Shown here piece after piece: positions 27,901-39,612 of a stretch of DNA of 64,000 nucleotides. The DNA is from Octopus bimaculoides. Lineage: Eukaryota. The stretch is taken from the NCBI RefSeq assembly GCF_001194135.2, contig NC_068981.1, positions 131,736,426 through 131,800,425 on the forward strand. Direction: 5' to 3'. The translations under genes and the position numbers were made by a program. Every line of letters starts with the position of its first letter. Positions within the stretch are counted from its first letter, which is position 1. The notes under the pieces were generated by a model. The model was not told the DNA's origin. It did no database searches and saw nothing but the letters and a program-made list of their open reading frames with translations.

Positions 27901-30900
27901 CAAATATATTTCTTCTTTTTGTTAGATCTCTCTCTAATTCTCTTTCATAATTTATTCTTTGGATTTGGTGCAGTTTACATCCATAACATTGCCTGCTCGG
28001 ATATATCACATTTCTCAAATACTGACAGCATAATTTTTAATAACATCTTCTGTAAAATCTTAATTTTGAAATGACTGAACCTTATCTTATTTGGTGTTGG
28101 TTGCCATGTGAATGAATATAGAAAAACAAATATTCAAACATGCTGGTTTTCTTTCTTGCTTCATACATATAAACCTACTCAAATAATTGTATCCATATTG
28201 TGTTTCTACAAAATACAAGAGTAAGGCAGCAAACAAAGAGGACAGAAGACAAGCAGCGACCAAGACAGTGAACAAATTGTATGACATAAAAANNNNNNNN
28301 NNNNNNNNNNNNNNNNNNNNNNNNNNNNNNNNNNNNNNNNNNNNNNNNNNNNNNNNNNNNNNNNNNNNNNNNNNNNNNNNNNNNNNNNNNNNNNNNNNNN
28401 NNNNNNNNNNNNNNNNNNNNNNNNNNNNNNNNNNNNNNNNNNNNNNNNNNNNNNNNNNNGGACAGAAGACAAGCAGCGACCAAGACAGTGAACAAATTGT
28501 ATGACATAAAAATAGTAAAGAACATGTAAGGTAGTGACATGTTAACTGCCTTGTCATTGTAATAAATAAGTAGAAAATAAAACATGACTAATAGGATGGG
28601 GAAAGGGAAAGTGTAAAAGCTGATACCGAGAACAGGTAGAGAAATAATATACGGCAACTTGTGACTATTCTGGCTCTTCCTTAAAACTGTAGTAGAGTTT
28701 GATATGAATGACATTGTGTAGAATTATATTATTTATACTCAAAAAATATATATTATGTTTGGTGAAGCAATGAAAATGTTACTGAAATAGGGGATATAGT
28801 GACTTCCAAGCCCTTGTTAGTTCTGCTAACTACAAAATTGTTGCAAAATTTAATTTTGTTTCCTTGTTTCAGGTGTTCAATTCTGACTGCTAGTGCCTAT
28901 GTATCTCTGTGTCTCAACGACCATCTTATTGCTCTAAATTACACCAACAGTTTACTTTCCCAACCACGTCTTTCTGGAGCACAAAGGTAACTTTCATTCA
29001 TTTCTTTGGTTTCTAAATTAATACTAACATCATTGTAATTCACTTTGATTTTGAGAAAAAAACTTACTTGATTACTCAGTTAATTTGCTTTGTTCCATGA
29101 TATTCTGAAAATATAGCTTGGTGAATTAAAGGGATTTATAGAGGAGATGGTGGTATCCTAGATTGCTGAGATTGATCAATGACAAAAAGGGAGACATCAT
29201 TACCATACACAGCATCCTTTCGTACAGAAATGAGGAAAGATTGAATAACCATTTCTCACTAAAGAACTGATATGCTACTGGAAATATGTAGAGATGACCC
29301 AATCTATTGTACAGAATAGAACAGAAATTAAGAATTAAGAAAACAAAAACAACACACCTAACTGAAAATTACAGATGAATATTAGTAACTTACTGCTTCC
29401 TATAATTCTCTACTTACTAAGGAATAATAACAATTATCATATACTGGAGGACAGAAGGATATAGCAATATGCAGTGCTAGGGTTATCTCCCTGAAAGATG
29501 TTTTTTACTGGGACTGTTAGATAGACATTGATGCTTCTTGAATAGAGTTGGTACAGCTATAGAGTATGAAAGCAAAAATGATACCGTCTGATCTATAAGC
29601 TTATAATAGAATAGATTCAGTTTAAGATTTAAGGTGCAGAGATGGCTGTCTGGTTAAGAAGTTTGCTTCTCAACCACATAATTTCGGGTTCAGTGCTATT
29701 GCATGACATTTTGGGCAAGTGCAACAATAGCACCAGGCCAACCAAAACCTTGTGAGTGGATTTGTTAGGAACTAAAAGAATCTCATCATGTGTGTGTTTG
29801 TGTCTCCTTGTCTTGATGTCATGAAAAAATTGGAAACAGGTGAGGGTTGGTAACAACAATGGCATCCAGCCATAAAAGGCAATGATAATGATTCCTGTCA
29901 GTGCTTTTGTCATATGTCATTGTAAAAACACTTAACTTACCAAAGTCAACCTAGTAGGCAACTAAATATCCCTCTCATTTCAAAAGGTAAAACACAGGTA
30001 ACAGTCTTGTTAATTATTATTTTATGTCAAGTCAGTATTTATTTGAAAATTGTAAATATAAGCAGAGTAGCTTCAACAATACTTGAAAATTTGGGGCTAT
30101 TTGAGGCCATCCAACCTAGGCAAGTATGAAAAATTGAATGTGTGATCATTTGAAAGAAATGAGTAAAATAATTTGTTTAATATTCTGTATTGTCTTACAG
30201 GTACCTTGCGCACTTATATGCATCTGAAGCATTGGTACATCTAGACAGAATAGCTGATGCCATCCAACATCTGAATCCAGAGTACAGTAAGGATGTCAGT
30301 GTTTGTTCACAGGAACAGAAATCGGACCAAGGTATGATCTTTTTCCTCTTGAATACTTTCTGCATGTGTCTCAGGCATATATATATATATATATCACTTA
30401 GATTGTCATCAGAGATTTGAAATAATGAATAGCTATAACTCATTTCCGTGAAAATAGATTTCACTTCTGTATCATAATTTATTAAGTTGTAAGAAGGCTA
30501 TTTGTAAAATGTTCGAGAAAACTGTTGTTACAAATTTGAATTTGTAAATGAAAATATAGACAAGACATCCTACCCACCATTAGTAATATGAAGAAACAGA
30601 GGTAACACAACAAATTCTATCAGTCTCTTTTGCCAAACTGCTAAGTTACAGTGACATAAACACGCCAACACCAGTTGTTAAGCGGTGATGGGGGAACAAA
30701 CACAGATATAAAGACACACACACACACATATAGATATATACACATATATATATATATGTGTGTGTGTGTGTGACAGGCTTCTTTCTGTTTCCATGTACCA
30801 AACCCACCTACTCACAAGGATATATATATATATAATATGTTGTGTGTACTGTTAGATGTACGACTGCTACTGTTTGAGTTTGGAGCTCCATGTACGTTCA

Positions 30901-33900
30901 GTTTGCCTTTAGTATATTGCTTGGGTTACTACTATATTGAGTAGTATAACTGTTCATTGTGTACATAGATAATGTAAAAAGAATTATGATAAACACTAGT
31001 TAGACATTCGACCTCAGTAATATAATGCAATAAATCTGTTCCTCTGCTGATTTGTTGTGGTTAAAGCATCCAACTGCTTTTGGAACATCAAATGCTATGG
31101 TTCCAAATAACCACAATATTGAAATGTACATAGGGAACAAATCATACAAACTTGTGTTCATCATAATTTCTCCTATATATGTATAAGGATTTTCAAGCGA
31201 GATCGTTGCCAGTACCCCTGGACTGGCTCTTGTGCGGGTGGCACATAAAATACACCATTTTGAGCATGGCCATTGCCAGTACCGCCTGACTGGCCTTCGT
31301 GTCAGTGGCACGTAAAAAGCACCCACTACACTCTCTGAGTGGTTGGCATTAGGAAGGGCATCCAGCTGTAGAAACTCTGCCAAATCAGATTGGAGCCTGG
31401 CGTAACCATCTGGTTTCAACAGTCCTCAGGCAAATCTTCCAACCCATGCTAGCATGGAAAGCGGACGTTAAACAATGATGATGATGTATAAAGAGAGATA
31501 GATTAGATAGATTGATTGATTGTTTGCTTGATTGATTGATTGTTGCTCCCTCTTGAAGCATACAAAGTAATCTATTTTTCCATACGGAGTTCTATAATTT
31601 ACATTTACTCCATATAATTAATCTCATTATCAACTGGTAATGTTGTGTATAACCTGACCAGTGTTATTTACTTTAATAGATAAAAATGACAAAATGGATA
31701 AAAGTGACCGTGATCTGGCAGACACTACTGAGACTAAAGGTAAGACCTATTTTTGCCTTTCTATTTTCCCTTCGGACACCCACAAACCTGAGACTGCCTC
31801 TGGTTGTTGGATATAAAAACTACCTGGTTCAAAGTGTTCATATTTTAATTTAAACCTTTATCTTTTACTTGTTCCTGTCTCTAGACTGCAGCCATGCAGA
31901 GGCACTGCCCTGAAGGGTTTTGTTGAGCAAATCAACCCCAGTACTTACTTTTAAGCCTGATACTTATTCTATGGGTCTCTTTTTACCAAACTGCTAAGTT
32001 AAGGGAACATAAACAAACCAACACAAGACACACATGCATAGCTATATCCATACATATATTATAGTCACAGACATGAGGTTTGCTTCCCTTACCCAACCAC
32101 ATGGTTCTGGGTTCAGTCCCACTGCTTGACACCTCAAGCAAGTGTCTTCTATTATAGCCTCAGGCTGATCAAAGCTGGTGAGCGGATTTAGTAACCGGAA
32201 ACTGAAAGAAGCTCATATATATGTGTGTGTGTGTGTGTGTCTTTGTGTCTGTGTTTATTCCTCCCCACCACTTGACAACCATTGTTGGTGTGTTTACATC
32301 TCCTGTATCTTAGCAGTTCAACAAAACAGACTGATAGAATATGTACTGGCATTGATTCATTTGACTAAAATTCTTCAAGGCAGTGCCCTAGCATGACTGC
32401 AGTCTAATGAGTGAAACAAATAAAAGATGAAAGATGAGTGTGCATGTTTAGATATACAATGGGTTTTTTTCAGTCTCCATCTACTAAATCCAGTCAAGGC
32501 TTTGGTTGGCCTGAGGTTATAGTGGAAGATACTTGTCCAAAGTACTGCACTGTGGGCCTGAACCAAGATTACATGGTTAGAAAGCAAACTTCTTATCACA
32601 CAGCCACACCTACTCTTTCACTCTTTTAATTGTTTCAGTCATTTTACTGCGGCCATGCTGGAGCACCACCTTTTAGTCGAGCAAATCAACCCCAGGACTT
32701 ATTCTTTAGAAGCCTAGTACTTATTTTATCAGTCTCTTTTGCCAAACTGCTAAGTTACGGGGACGTAAACACACCACCATCGGTTGTCAAGCGATACTGG
32801 TGGGGAGGGGACAAACACAGACACACAAACATATACACACACACACATACATATATATACATATATACGACGGGCTTCTTTCAGTTTCCGTCTATCAAAT
32901 CCACTCACAAGGCTTTGGTCNNNNNNNNNNACACACATACATATATATACATATATACGACGGGCTTCTTTCAGTTTCCGTCTATCAAATCCACTCACAA
33001 GGCTTTGGTCGGCCCAAGGCTATAGTAGAAGACACGTGCCCAAGGTACCACGCAGTGGGAATGAACCTGGAACCATGTGATTTTGTAAGCAAGCCACTTA
33101 CCACACAGCCACTCCTGCTCTCCTGTGCAATTTTTTTTATAAGAAACTTCTGTTATAATCCAAACATCAACTTAATTACCCTAATTCATGCAAAAGTTAG
33201 TTTACTAAATCCCTCAAAATTCTTCAGTGTTTTAAATATTAACTGAAACAGCAATTTATTATGTAAGAAATATGGTTACAAACGGATCAAACCCACCTAC
33301 ACTCTATGTGTATTATGTATTAATTATCATAACATCTTTTACAGGAGCCTTAGTATCATGGACGCCTGCAAAACCACAGAAAGCTCAAGCTGTGTTGTTG
33401 TACAACCTTGCGGCAACATTAGCTATTAGTGGGGAATATAGCAAAGCTCTAAAACACCTAGGAGAGGTAAGCATATATTCTTAGATTTATTTGAATTTTT
33501 CCTTCTTTCTTTTCTTTTTGGCAATGCAAGTTAGGAGAGTTTAATCCTCTGCCTGTTCAAAGCATTTTTATAAGTTTGTCCTAAACGTCCATGCTTGTTT
33601 ATATACTTTTAGTTACCTCTTGTTTCATACATTCTGAGTAATATAAAAATTTATTTTCATAAGTTCCAAGTTACTCTGGTGGTTGAAAAAGAATGGGAAT
33701 GTGTATCATATATCCTGATATATGGACGTCAAGGAAAAGGCGGTGAGCTGGCAGAATCGTTAGCACGCCGGGCGAAATGCTTAGCTGTATTTCGTCTGTG
33801 TTTATGTTCTGAGTTCAAATTCCGCCAAGGTCAACTTTGCCTTTCATCCTTTCGGGGTCAATAAATTAAGTACCAGTTACGCACTGGGGTCGATGTAATT

Positions 33901-35795
33901 GACTTAATCCCTTTGTCTGTCCTTGTTTGTCCCCTCTATGTTTAGCCCCTTGTGGGCAATAAAGAAATAAGAAAATATATCCTGTGTATCATATATGATG
34001 CCTGGCTGCCGAGAAAATATATCCTGTGTATCATATATGATGCCTGGCTGCCGAGAAAATATATCCTGTGTATCATAGATGATGTATGGATGCCAAGAAA
34101 ATATACTCTGTGTTTCACATGTGATACACAGAACAAGCAAAGGGTTAAGCAACACTTTGAATTACATTTCAAAGTAATTCCTTTGAAATGGTTTAAAATT
34201 TTTTTTTTTTCTTTTTCATTTAATTATTTCCACATGTTTCCACATTTTACTTGACAACAAACTTTATAATTGGAACAGCTATATGTAGCAGTATTTATAA
34301 TTGTTTCCAATAATTGTAAAACTAGAAAGAATTCAGAATGTCATTTTTAATATTTATACGTTTAGTTGCATTCTTGGAAGAAAATCACTGACTCTATTTC
34401 CATTAAATTTTTGTGTTTCTTTCATGTTACAGAGTAGTCAATTAATATGCCAGCCATTCCCAGCCCAGATGTATTGCCTAAAGCTCTATCTTGATCTCAT
34501 TGAAGGTAAATAAACATGTATCTAATATAACAGATTATCAGAAAAGGGACCTAGTATGTTTTGTTGTTGTTCAAATCTTTTCAAGAAGACCTAAGATCAA
34601 AGGTTGTCCAGCTTTGACCATCTTGTCTTTTTGTATATCAGGGTCACAGTGTCTAATGTATCCTTCTTTGTTTAAGATTGTAGGATATGATTTGAAGATT
34701 TGAGTGCTGTTTCTAGTAGGTCAAGCAAATGTGTAATGGCCCCCTCATTGTCTGTATGTGTTTGGTTTACTCTTAGAGTTAAATTAATGAGCTAAATACC
34801 AAAGTAATGTAAAGACCCCCTTCAGTCATGAATGACCATGAGATTGCACCTAGAAAGTTCCCCTCTGAGGCACAAGTCTGGGCAAGAATTTTTGTTAAAG
34901 ATCAGCAGTCGCCCATGCATACCAACCTCCTCTCTCTATACCAACAATGTTGTACAAGGGAAAGGAAAAGGTTTATACAGCTTGGCACCGATGATGCCAC
35001 AACTCATTTCTACAACTAAGTCTTGCTCAAGAACACAACACACAGCTGAGTTTTGGAATTAAACTCACCACCTCATAATTATAAGCCTAATGTTCTAACC
35101 ACTGAACCATGTGTCTTCACCTAAATACTACAATTTTAATATTACAGAAATGCAGTATTTTATATGATATTGTGTTGGGTAGAACACATACACACTCAAG
35201 AAACCTGCTACATACCCACAGAAAGCTTTTTTTAATTTCATGGAAAATTAAAAAGTGATCTGCAATTAAAAAAGCACAGATACAAATTTATTCCTTTCTC
35301 CGAATTATTGATTGTGTATTCATTAATGTTGTATCCAGCTAAGAAAACAATAGCCTGTGCTGAAGTATATTTTAATTAATTTATCATTTTGGTCAATTTC
35401 TGTATGACCTGAAAAAAAATAACAGACAATTTTTTGTATTTAGAATACATACTGATTGACTGCTTTAGATTTAACGCAACTCTCAAGCAAAATGGAATAT
35501 TCTTAATTGTTACAATCAGTGGGTCTCTACGTTGTTAGCATGTGTAATATTTCTGACCATTGTAATGTGTCTGTCATCAATATTGCTTTTAATGTCCACT
35601 TTTCCATACCTGCTGATTTTCCATAGTGGATGCCCTTTCTGTTCCCAACTCTCACCTGTTTCTAAGTAATGCAATATTTCCCCCATGGCCAGACATGTTT
35701 TGACCAAAGACTGGAAATAGATATCAACTGATTAATGATGGCATTCATTTACAACTATCACTTGATGTCAAGATAAGGAGACACATTCCCTCCAC

Positions 35796-35831
<36 letters not shown>

Positions 35832-38800
35832 ACAGGCAAATCAAAAAAATAAAAACACAAACAAAAGTCAAAAGGTTATACACAATGAATGTATTAGGGC
35901 GATGTTTTGAGCATGGCACTCCATTTGAAAGAGGAAAGTGGGAAGGTCCGGAGAGAAGGAAAAGAACAGTCTGAGAAAAGCACATGTGGTTACATATACA
36001 CACACAAATATACAACAGGCTTTTAATTTCTATCTACCAGATCCATTCACAAGACTTTGTGGGGCGATAGTTGAAGACATTCGCCCATTGTGCCACACAG
36101 TGGGGCTCAGCCCAAACCCACATAGCTCGAAAGTAAATGTCTTAACTACACAAAAGTCCATTTTCCTACAGATATATGTAGATTTTTTTGTACAATGAGA
36201 AAAGTTAGCAGCTGTACTTGTCTTTGTATATGTTTTATAGAAACAGGCTTATTGACAGATGCAGTATGATTGTATTTTATATGTTGTAAACTTAATTCAG
36301 TGCCTGGTTTAAACACCACTACTTGGCACCTTGGAGGTGTTTAATTGAGTCCATCTGCTCTGTTGCAAGCTTTCTGGTTAGATGTTTCATTTGAGGATAC
36401 CTTCATCCTTCTCTCTTATCTGGGTTTAGCTGAACAAACACAGACACACACACACTCACATAGATATAAATGTATGTGTGTACGTGTTACTTCATAAGAT
36501 GTTTCAAGCTAAGTAAAGTCAGTCTTCCACACATACAGACTTGTTTCTGGTATCGGTGGCATATAAAAAGTACCTGTGCCAATGGCATATAAAAAACACC
36601 TAGCTCATTTGTTAAATGGCTTGTATTAGGAAAGGCATCCAGCTGTATAAACTATGCCACAACAGACAATTGGAGTCTGGCCAGCTCCATGTCAAACCGT
36701 CCAACCCATGCCAGCATAGAAAGGAGACATTAAACGATGATGATGTGCACATCTATTTGTGTTTGTTCAACTAAACATTTCAAGGTGGTGCCCCATGGTG
36801 GTGTCCACAATCCAATGACTGAACCTGATAAAAATATATAATTAACTTATATACATGTTTAATTTGATATTTAGTTCTAAAGATATAGCTTATCACAGCG
36901 AATATACCAAATTTCATTACAAAAGTAATGCATCTTAATTATCTGATCTTGGTTGTTTTTTTGTTTTTTTGGCATTCTCTACATTTGAGGGTGAAGTTTT
37001 TGCTGCATATTGCGTTTTCCAGAATCAGATGTATAAATTTGCAATTAATTACACATTTGTTTAAAAGTTGAAAACCTTGGGAAATATATGAGTATAACTA
37101 TTGTTTTTTAGTTATGTCCCAAGGTTTTAAATTGCAAGTATTTAAATTTGCAAAGTAACACTTTTCAGCCAAATTGCATTTTAACTTCAAGATATGTTGT
37201 CCAGTATTCATAATTTCTGTCACCTGATGAATGTGTTGCCAAGATCTTTCAAATACAACCAGTTTTTTTTATAGGTGAAGGGCGTGACTGTGTGGTAAGA
37301 AGTTTGCTTCCCAGCCACATGGTCACAGGTTCAGTCCCACTGTGTGGTACCTTGAACAAACATCTACTATAATAGCCTCGGGCCAATCAAAGCCTTGTGA
37401 GTGGATCTGGTAGACAGAAACTGAAAGATGCCCGTTGTAGATATATGTTTGCATGTGTATGTTACTCTCTCCTTCTTTGACTTTATATGATAGATGTAAA
37501 TGAATGTCACCATTATGCAAGTGGTGTACTTCACTTCCAATCTTCTGTGAAAACATGTCATGGGGAATATCATCTTACTTGGAAATAGGTGAGGGTTGGC
37601 AACAGGAAGGGCATCCAGCTGCACAAAACTCCACCTTAACAAATTCTGTCCAACTCCTGCAAGTATGGAAAAGTGAACATTAAAATGACGATTATGATGT
37701 CCTATGACTTTGGTATACTGTACCAAATAACAGGTTACTAACTAATGTTTGATTTCTGTCCTAAAATTGCTTGGATTTTCTTTTTCTTTTTTCTCATGTA
37801 TCAAAAAATTCCCGGACTAGTTATGTTTAATAAAAAATAACTTATTCACCTAAGTTTTAACATCATTTCCTTCAAAATAGTCCACTTTGTGCAGCAGACA
37901 CTGGTCCCAGCATTCCTATTACTTCTGGAATCCAACTTGGACGTCCCTTTCCATAAGCGAGTCGAGGACCTTCTGTGATTCACTCTGGATCTCAACAATG
38001 GCATTAAAAGAGCAACCTTTGAGTTGCATTTTCATCTTGGGGAAGAGATGGAAGTCTGCAGGTACTAAATCTGGCGAAAAGGGTGGATGCAGAAGTGATA
38101 CCATGTTTTTGAGGAGAAACTCATGAGTAAGGAGAGCTCGAAGAAGAATCCAGTTCTTCATGCTCCACAGACTGTGTTGGTTTCACCGAATGTCATCCCT
38201 CAAACACTTCAAAACATCACAGCAGAACTTTCGATTGACACTCTGGCTCTGGAGGGATAAATTTTCCATGCACAATACCACATTTCTGGGGGTGACACTC
38301 ATGACAGGTCTTCCAGGGATGTTCTTCCACTTTTTGAAGAACCCGTGCCACTGAAAACATGGTGCACGACCCATTGCCTCATTGCTGTAAGCTTGCCAAA
38401 GCATGCTCAATGTTTGTGTAGCAGACTTCTCAAGTTTAACGCAAAATTTCACGTTGGCTCTTTGTTCCTCTCCATGACAAAATGGCAGACAACAGCAAAC
38501 ATGTAATCACAAAAACACAAATTTCAAAACTTGTAAAGTAAAGAACGATGTTACTGCCTCATGAAGGTCACTCCTAGCTCGCAACCGTATGATGCCATCT
38601 GTTGGCATGCTACAGAACTAGTCCAGAAACTTTTTGATACCACCTTGTATTTGTATATATATATATATATAAAAGATTAATAATTATTTCTTCATAATTG
38701 TGATGAATCTTCCACTAAGATGACGCAGCTTTCCAGTGTGCAAGCCCAGTCAAACTGTCCAACCCATGCTAGTATGGACAACGGGCGTTAAATGATGATG

Positions 38801-38986
38801 ATGAATTGTGATGAATAATAAAATAAATTAATTTCTAACTTCCTGAATTTATCTTTTTCTTTCTTAGGCCGCCGAGCAACTGCCCAATACATCATTAAAG
38901 AGTCCTTTGGTCATGTGACTCCCAATAGAGTGGATATGTCAATGATGAACAAGAAAAGCTTATCAAGTGACCAATTACTGCCATGA
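7285..38986 (+). CDS. CNOT10: CCR4-NOT transcription complex subunit 10, full spliced CDS (16 coding exons, 2115 nt, 704 aa)
   Basis: Exons: 7285-7545, 9516-9666, 13062-13123, 14616-14783, 16107-16190, 18366-18627, 20811-21007, 23607-23722, 23844-23966, 24475-24546, 28873-28986, 30201-30331, 31680-31739, 33345-33466, 34433-34505, 38868-38986. All introns are GT-AG with matching phases and the joined frame has no internal stop. It carries motifs I recall from vertebrate CNOT10: [67 protein letters not shown]. Confidence 0.97.
9065..9365 (+). mobile_element. degenerate SINE family C copy
   Basis: Shares gagtgctcagccactt..cacgttaattt..gagcaggctgttcc with 57285-57674 and 60421-60702. Confidence 0.7.
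9516..9666 (+). CDS. CNOT10: CNOT10 coding exon 2 (EHINID...FVEPI)
   Basis: ttcAG / GTATGT; encodes [19 protein letters not shown]. Confidence 0.95.
10228..11109 (+). mobile_element. mariner-derived non-autonomous element with long inverted arms and an N-terminal transposase relic
   Basis: Termini caaggtctgatcaataagtatccgg and its reverse complement; ORF 10380-10967 contains [22 protein letters not shown] and RRVSAKFV (mariner HTH region); no catalytic domain. Confidence 0.9.
11495..11705 (+). mobile_element. degenerate RTE-type 3' tail
   Basis: gtggttggcattaggaagggcatcc...ccaacccatgcc...gttaaatgatgat. Confidence 0.7.
11757..11995 (+). mobile_element. tRNA-headed SINE with a central tgtgttcttgagcaaaacact...ttgctccagttcactcagctg domain
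   Basis: A/B-box-like head; the central domain is shared with 34790-35120 (-). Confidence 0.65.
12070..12778 (-). mobile_element. 5'-truncated RTE-clade LINE (ORF C-terminus, 3' UTR and (GAT)n tail)
   Basis: [12 protein letters not shown]...[10 protein letters not shown]-terminal motif; ATC-repeat tail; internal N gap. Confidence 0.92.
12913..12950. repeat. (AC)n microsatellite upstream of CNOT10 exon 3
   Basis: Direct reading. Confidence 0.95.
13062..13123 (+). CDS. CNOT10: CNOT10 coding exon 3 ([21 protein letters not shown])
   Basis: ttccAG / GTAGTT; phase 1 to 0. Confidence 0.93.
13813..14024. mobile_element. TTAA-type (piggyBac-like) MITE, second family
   Basis: (t)caacccttttgatac ... 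caacaaaagg|ttaa; interior shared with 6090-6226. Confidence 0.6.
14616..14783 (+). CDS. CNOT10: CNOT10 coding exon 4 (PEKAMG...RPKISL)
   Basis: ttcAG / GTAAGT; 56 open codons (missed by the ORF track). Confidence 0.93.
14816..14843. repeat. (GT)n microsatellite just downstream of the CNOT10 exon 4 donor
   Basis: Direct reading. Confidence 0.95.
16107..16190 (+). CDS. CNOT10: CNOT10 coding exon 5 ([28 protein letters not shown])
   Basis: tttcAG / GTAAGT; conserved [12 protein letters not shown]. Confidence 0.96.
18366..18627 (+). CDS. CNOT10: CNOT10 coding exon 6
   Basis: ttcAG / GTAAAG; [10 protein letters not shown] and YNNLGCIHF. Confidence 0.96.
18657..19150 (+). mobile_element. SINE family A copy with an expanded (AT)n microsatellite
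   Basis: Head at 18657, (AT)n at about 18820-18925, tail to aagtaaaagatg. Confidence 0.85.
19859..20170 (+). mobile_element. RTE 3' UTR fragment
   Basis: Highly similar to the 12070-12310 and 41108-41418 copies. Confidence 0.9.
20315..20630 (-). mobile_element. older RTE 3' UTR fragment, tail-to-tail with the 19859-20170 copy
   Basis: catcatcatttagcatc...ctacagctgga...ccttcctaatgccaaccact. Confidence 0.8.
20811..21007 (+). CDS. CNOT10: CNOT10 coding exon 7
   Basis: ttttcAG / GTATAA (weak donor); [12 protein letters not shown]...[13 protein letters not shown]. Confidence 0.95.
21822..23460 (-). mobile_element. RTE-clade LINE fragment, about 1.6 kb, from RT motif B through the 3' tail; frameshifted
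   Basis: GSILSPLLF near 23425-23455, LLYADD at 23355-23366, a Cys/His cluster, [21 protein letters not shown], tandem 3' UTR subrepeats and a (GAT)n tail. Confidence 0.95.
23607..23722 (+). CDS. CNOT10: CNOT10 coding exon 8
   Basis: ttacAG / GTTTGT; [11 protein letters not shown]. Confidence 0.92.
23844..23966 (+). CDS. CNOT10: CNOT10 coding exon 9
   Basis: ttttAG / GTAAGG; [18 protein letters not shown]; preceded by a 121-nt intron. Confidence 0.95.
24475..24546 (+). CDS. CNOT10: CNOT10 coding exon 10
   Basis: tttcAG / GTATGT; [10 protein letters not shown]. Confidence 0.94.
24942..25482. mobile_element. foldback/MITE-like element with about 170-bp inverted arms
   Basis: 24942-25110 is the reverse complement of 25313-25482 at over 90% identity by eye; AT-rich spacer; internal subrepeat ggaaaagt..aggacaagt.attaca occurs twice per arm; no clear TSD. 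Confidence 0.8.
25535..25745 (+). mobile_element. tRNA-headed SINE family B
   Basis: gagctggcagaaacgttagc...gagttcaaattccgc.gaggtcaactttgcc. Confidence 0.85.
26629..27885 (+). mobile_element. young 5'-truncated RTE-clade LINE copy (gap 26953-27643)
   Basis: Open YLGDQV...[14 protein letters not shown]...; 3' UTR and (GAT)n tail after the gap. Confidence 0.93.
28873..28986 (+). CDS. CNOT10: CNOT10 coding exon 11
   Basis: tttcAG / GTAACT; [12 protein letters not shown]...QPRLSGAQ. Confidence 0.95.
30201..30331 (+). CDS. CNOT10: CNOT10 coding exon 12
   Basis: ttacAG / GTATGA; [24 protein letters not shown]. Confidence 0.96.
31193..31487 (+). mobile_element. RTE 3' UTR fragment
   Basis: Same tail family as 19859-20170. 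Confidence 0.9.
31680..31739 (+). CDS. CNOT10: CNOT10 coding exon 13 ([20 protein letters not shown]), 60 nt, phase 1-1
   Basis: ctttaatAG / GTAAGA; open in frame; falls in a variable charged linker and is not required for frame. Confidence 0.8.
31860..33115. mobile_element. cluster of four SINE family A copies (-, +, -, -), including a young full-length copy at 32615-33115
   Basis: Copies at 31860-32020(-), 32060-32435(+), 32455-32610(-) and 32615-33115(-). Confidence 0.85.
33345..33466 (+). CDS. CNOT10: CNOT10 coding exon 14
   Basis: tttacAG / GTAAGC; [23 protein letters not shown]. Confidence 0.95.
33738..33972 (+). mobile_element. young full-length SINE family B
   Basis: ggcggtgagctggcagaatcgttagc ... 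gcaataaagaaataagaa; CpGs retained. Confidence 0.9.
33972..34110. repeat. 42-bp minisatellite, about 3.3 units
   Basis: aaaatatatcctgtgtatcatatatgatgcctggctgccgag repeated; the third unit is diverged. Confidence 0.9.
34433..34505 (+). CDS. CNOT10: CNOT10 coding exon 15
   Basis: gttacAG / GTAAAT; [10 protein letters not shown]. Confidence 0.92.
34790..35120 (-). mobile_element. tRNA-headed SINE with an RTE-like tail (cttcagtcatgaatgaccatg...)
   Basis: Head at 35120; shares its central domain with 11757-11995; a partial relative lies at 9950-10080. Confidence 0.7.
37490..37700 (+). mobile_element. short retroposon family D (ggtgagggttggcaacaggaagggcatcc tail) joined to a SINE A head at 37279
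   Basis: Related copies at 15745-15950, 29820-29890 and 35500-35780(-). Confidence 0.65.
37797..38649 (-). mobile_element. internally deleted mariner transposon relic
   Basis: TIR gtatcaaaaa.tt.c.ggactag at both ends; N-terminal [14 protein letters not shown] and C-terminal [20 protein letters not shown] (YSPDLAP-like) fragments. Confidence 0.92.
38868..38986 (+). CDS. CNOT10: CNOT10 last coding exon ([21 protein letters not shown]...LLP*)
   Basis: tttcttAG acceptor; TGA at 38984-38986. Confidence 0.9.
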
Positions 38987-39612
38987 GATCTTGCCCCTGT
39001 GAGTGATTGCTGTGAAAACTTTAAAAACCTGTTCAGTCTTCAGACGACCTCAGCATTCTTTGAATGGCTATTATATGTATAATGGCCATTAGTCTGTACC
39101 TTTTTTCTGTGTTTAAAAGGTCACTTGCCATTCCTGTCTCTTGAAACCCTGTATTGGGGAACATCTGAAAATTGACAGTTTGGGGGCTCTTAGCTGCTGT
39201 CTCTGAGAAATGAACTACATTCATTAGAAAGGAAATCGAAAAAAAAAAACACACTAAACTGTTATTCATTGTTTGTCTCTTTCTTTCAGTCCAGCATCTG
39301 TAGCACAATGGAAGTGAGTAGAATGGAAGCTGAGTAATTAATTTCTTTCATTATGTCATACACTTTTTGCTGTGGCACCACCTACATCTAGCTCTCTTCT
39401 CTTTTCAACATTTCCTATCTGTCTTCGAACAGATTCTACCTCTCTCTCTCTCTCTCTTTCTTTCTCTCTACAAGCATTTTCAGAATCTTTTCACTGGAAA
39501 TTCACTCTAATATAAAAAATGGAAACAGTTTCAATTATTGATGAAACTGAATGTCACATTTTCCCCGCCATTTTTGAATGAATGTTTGTGTGCAGTTATT
39601 AGCTTGGACTGG

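Noticed and set aside
28240-28510. Direct repeat flanking an N gap, with ORFs spanning it
   Set aside because: Probably gap-flank overlap; ORFs made largely of X are meaningless
32870-33010. Duplicated SINE segment across a 10-N gap
   Set aside because: Assembly overlap artefact
33738-33830. tRNA genes at SINE heads (also 44630, 57600-57655)
   Set aside because: A/B-box-like heads continue into SINE bodies and I could not fold a complete cloverleaf
33972-34110. CRISPR-like array
   Set aside because: No unique spacers and eukaryotic context; it is a simple minisatellite
33904-34254. ORFs with 14-aa repeats on both strands
   Set aside because: A consequence of the 42-bp minisatellite unit being a multiple of three
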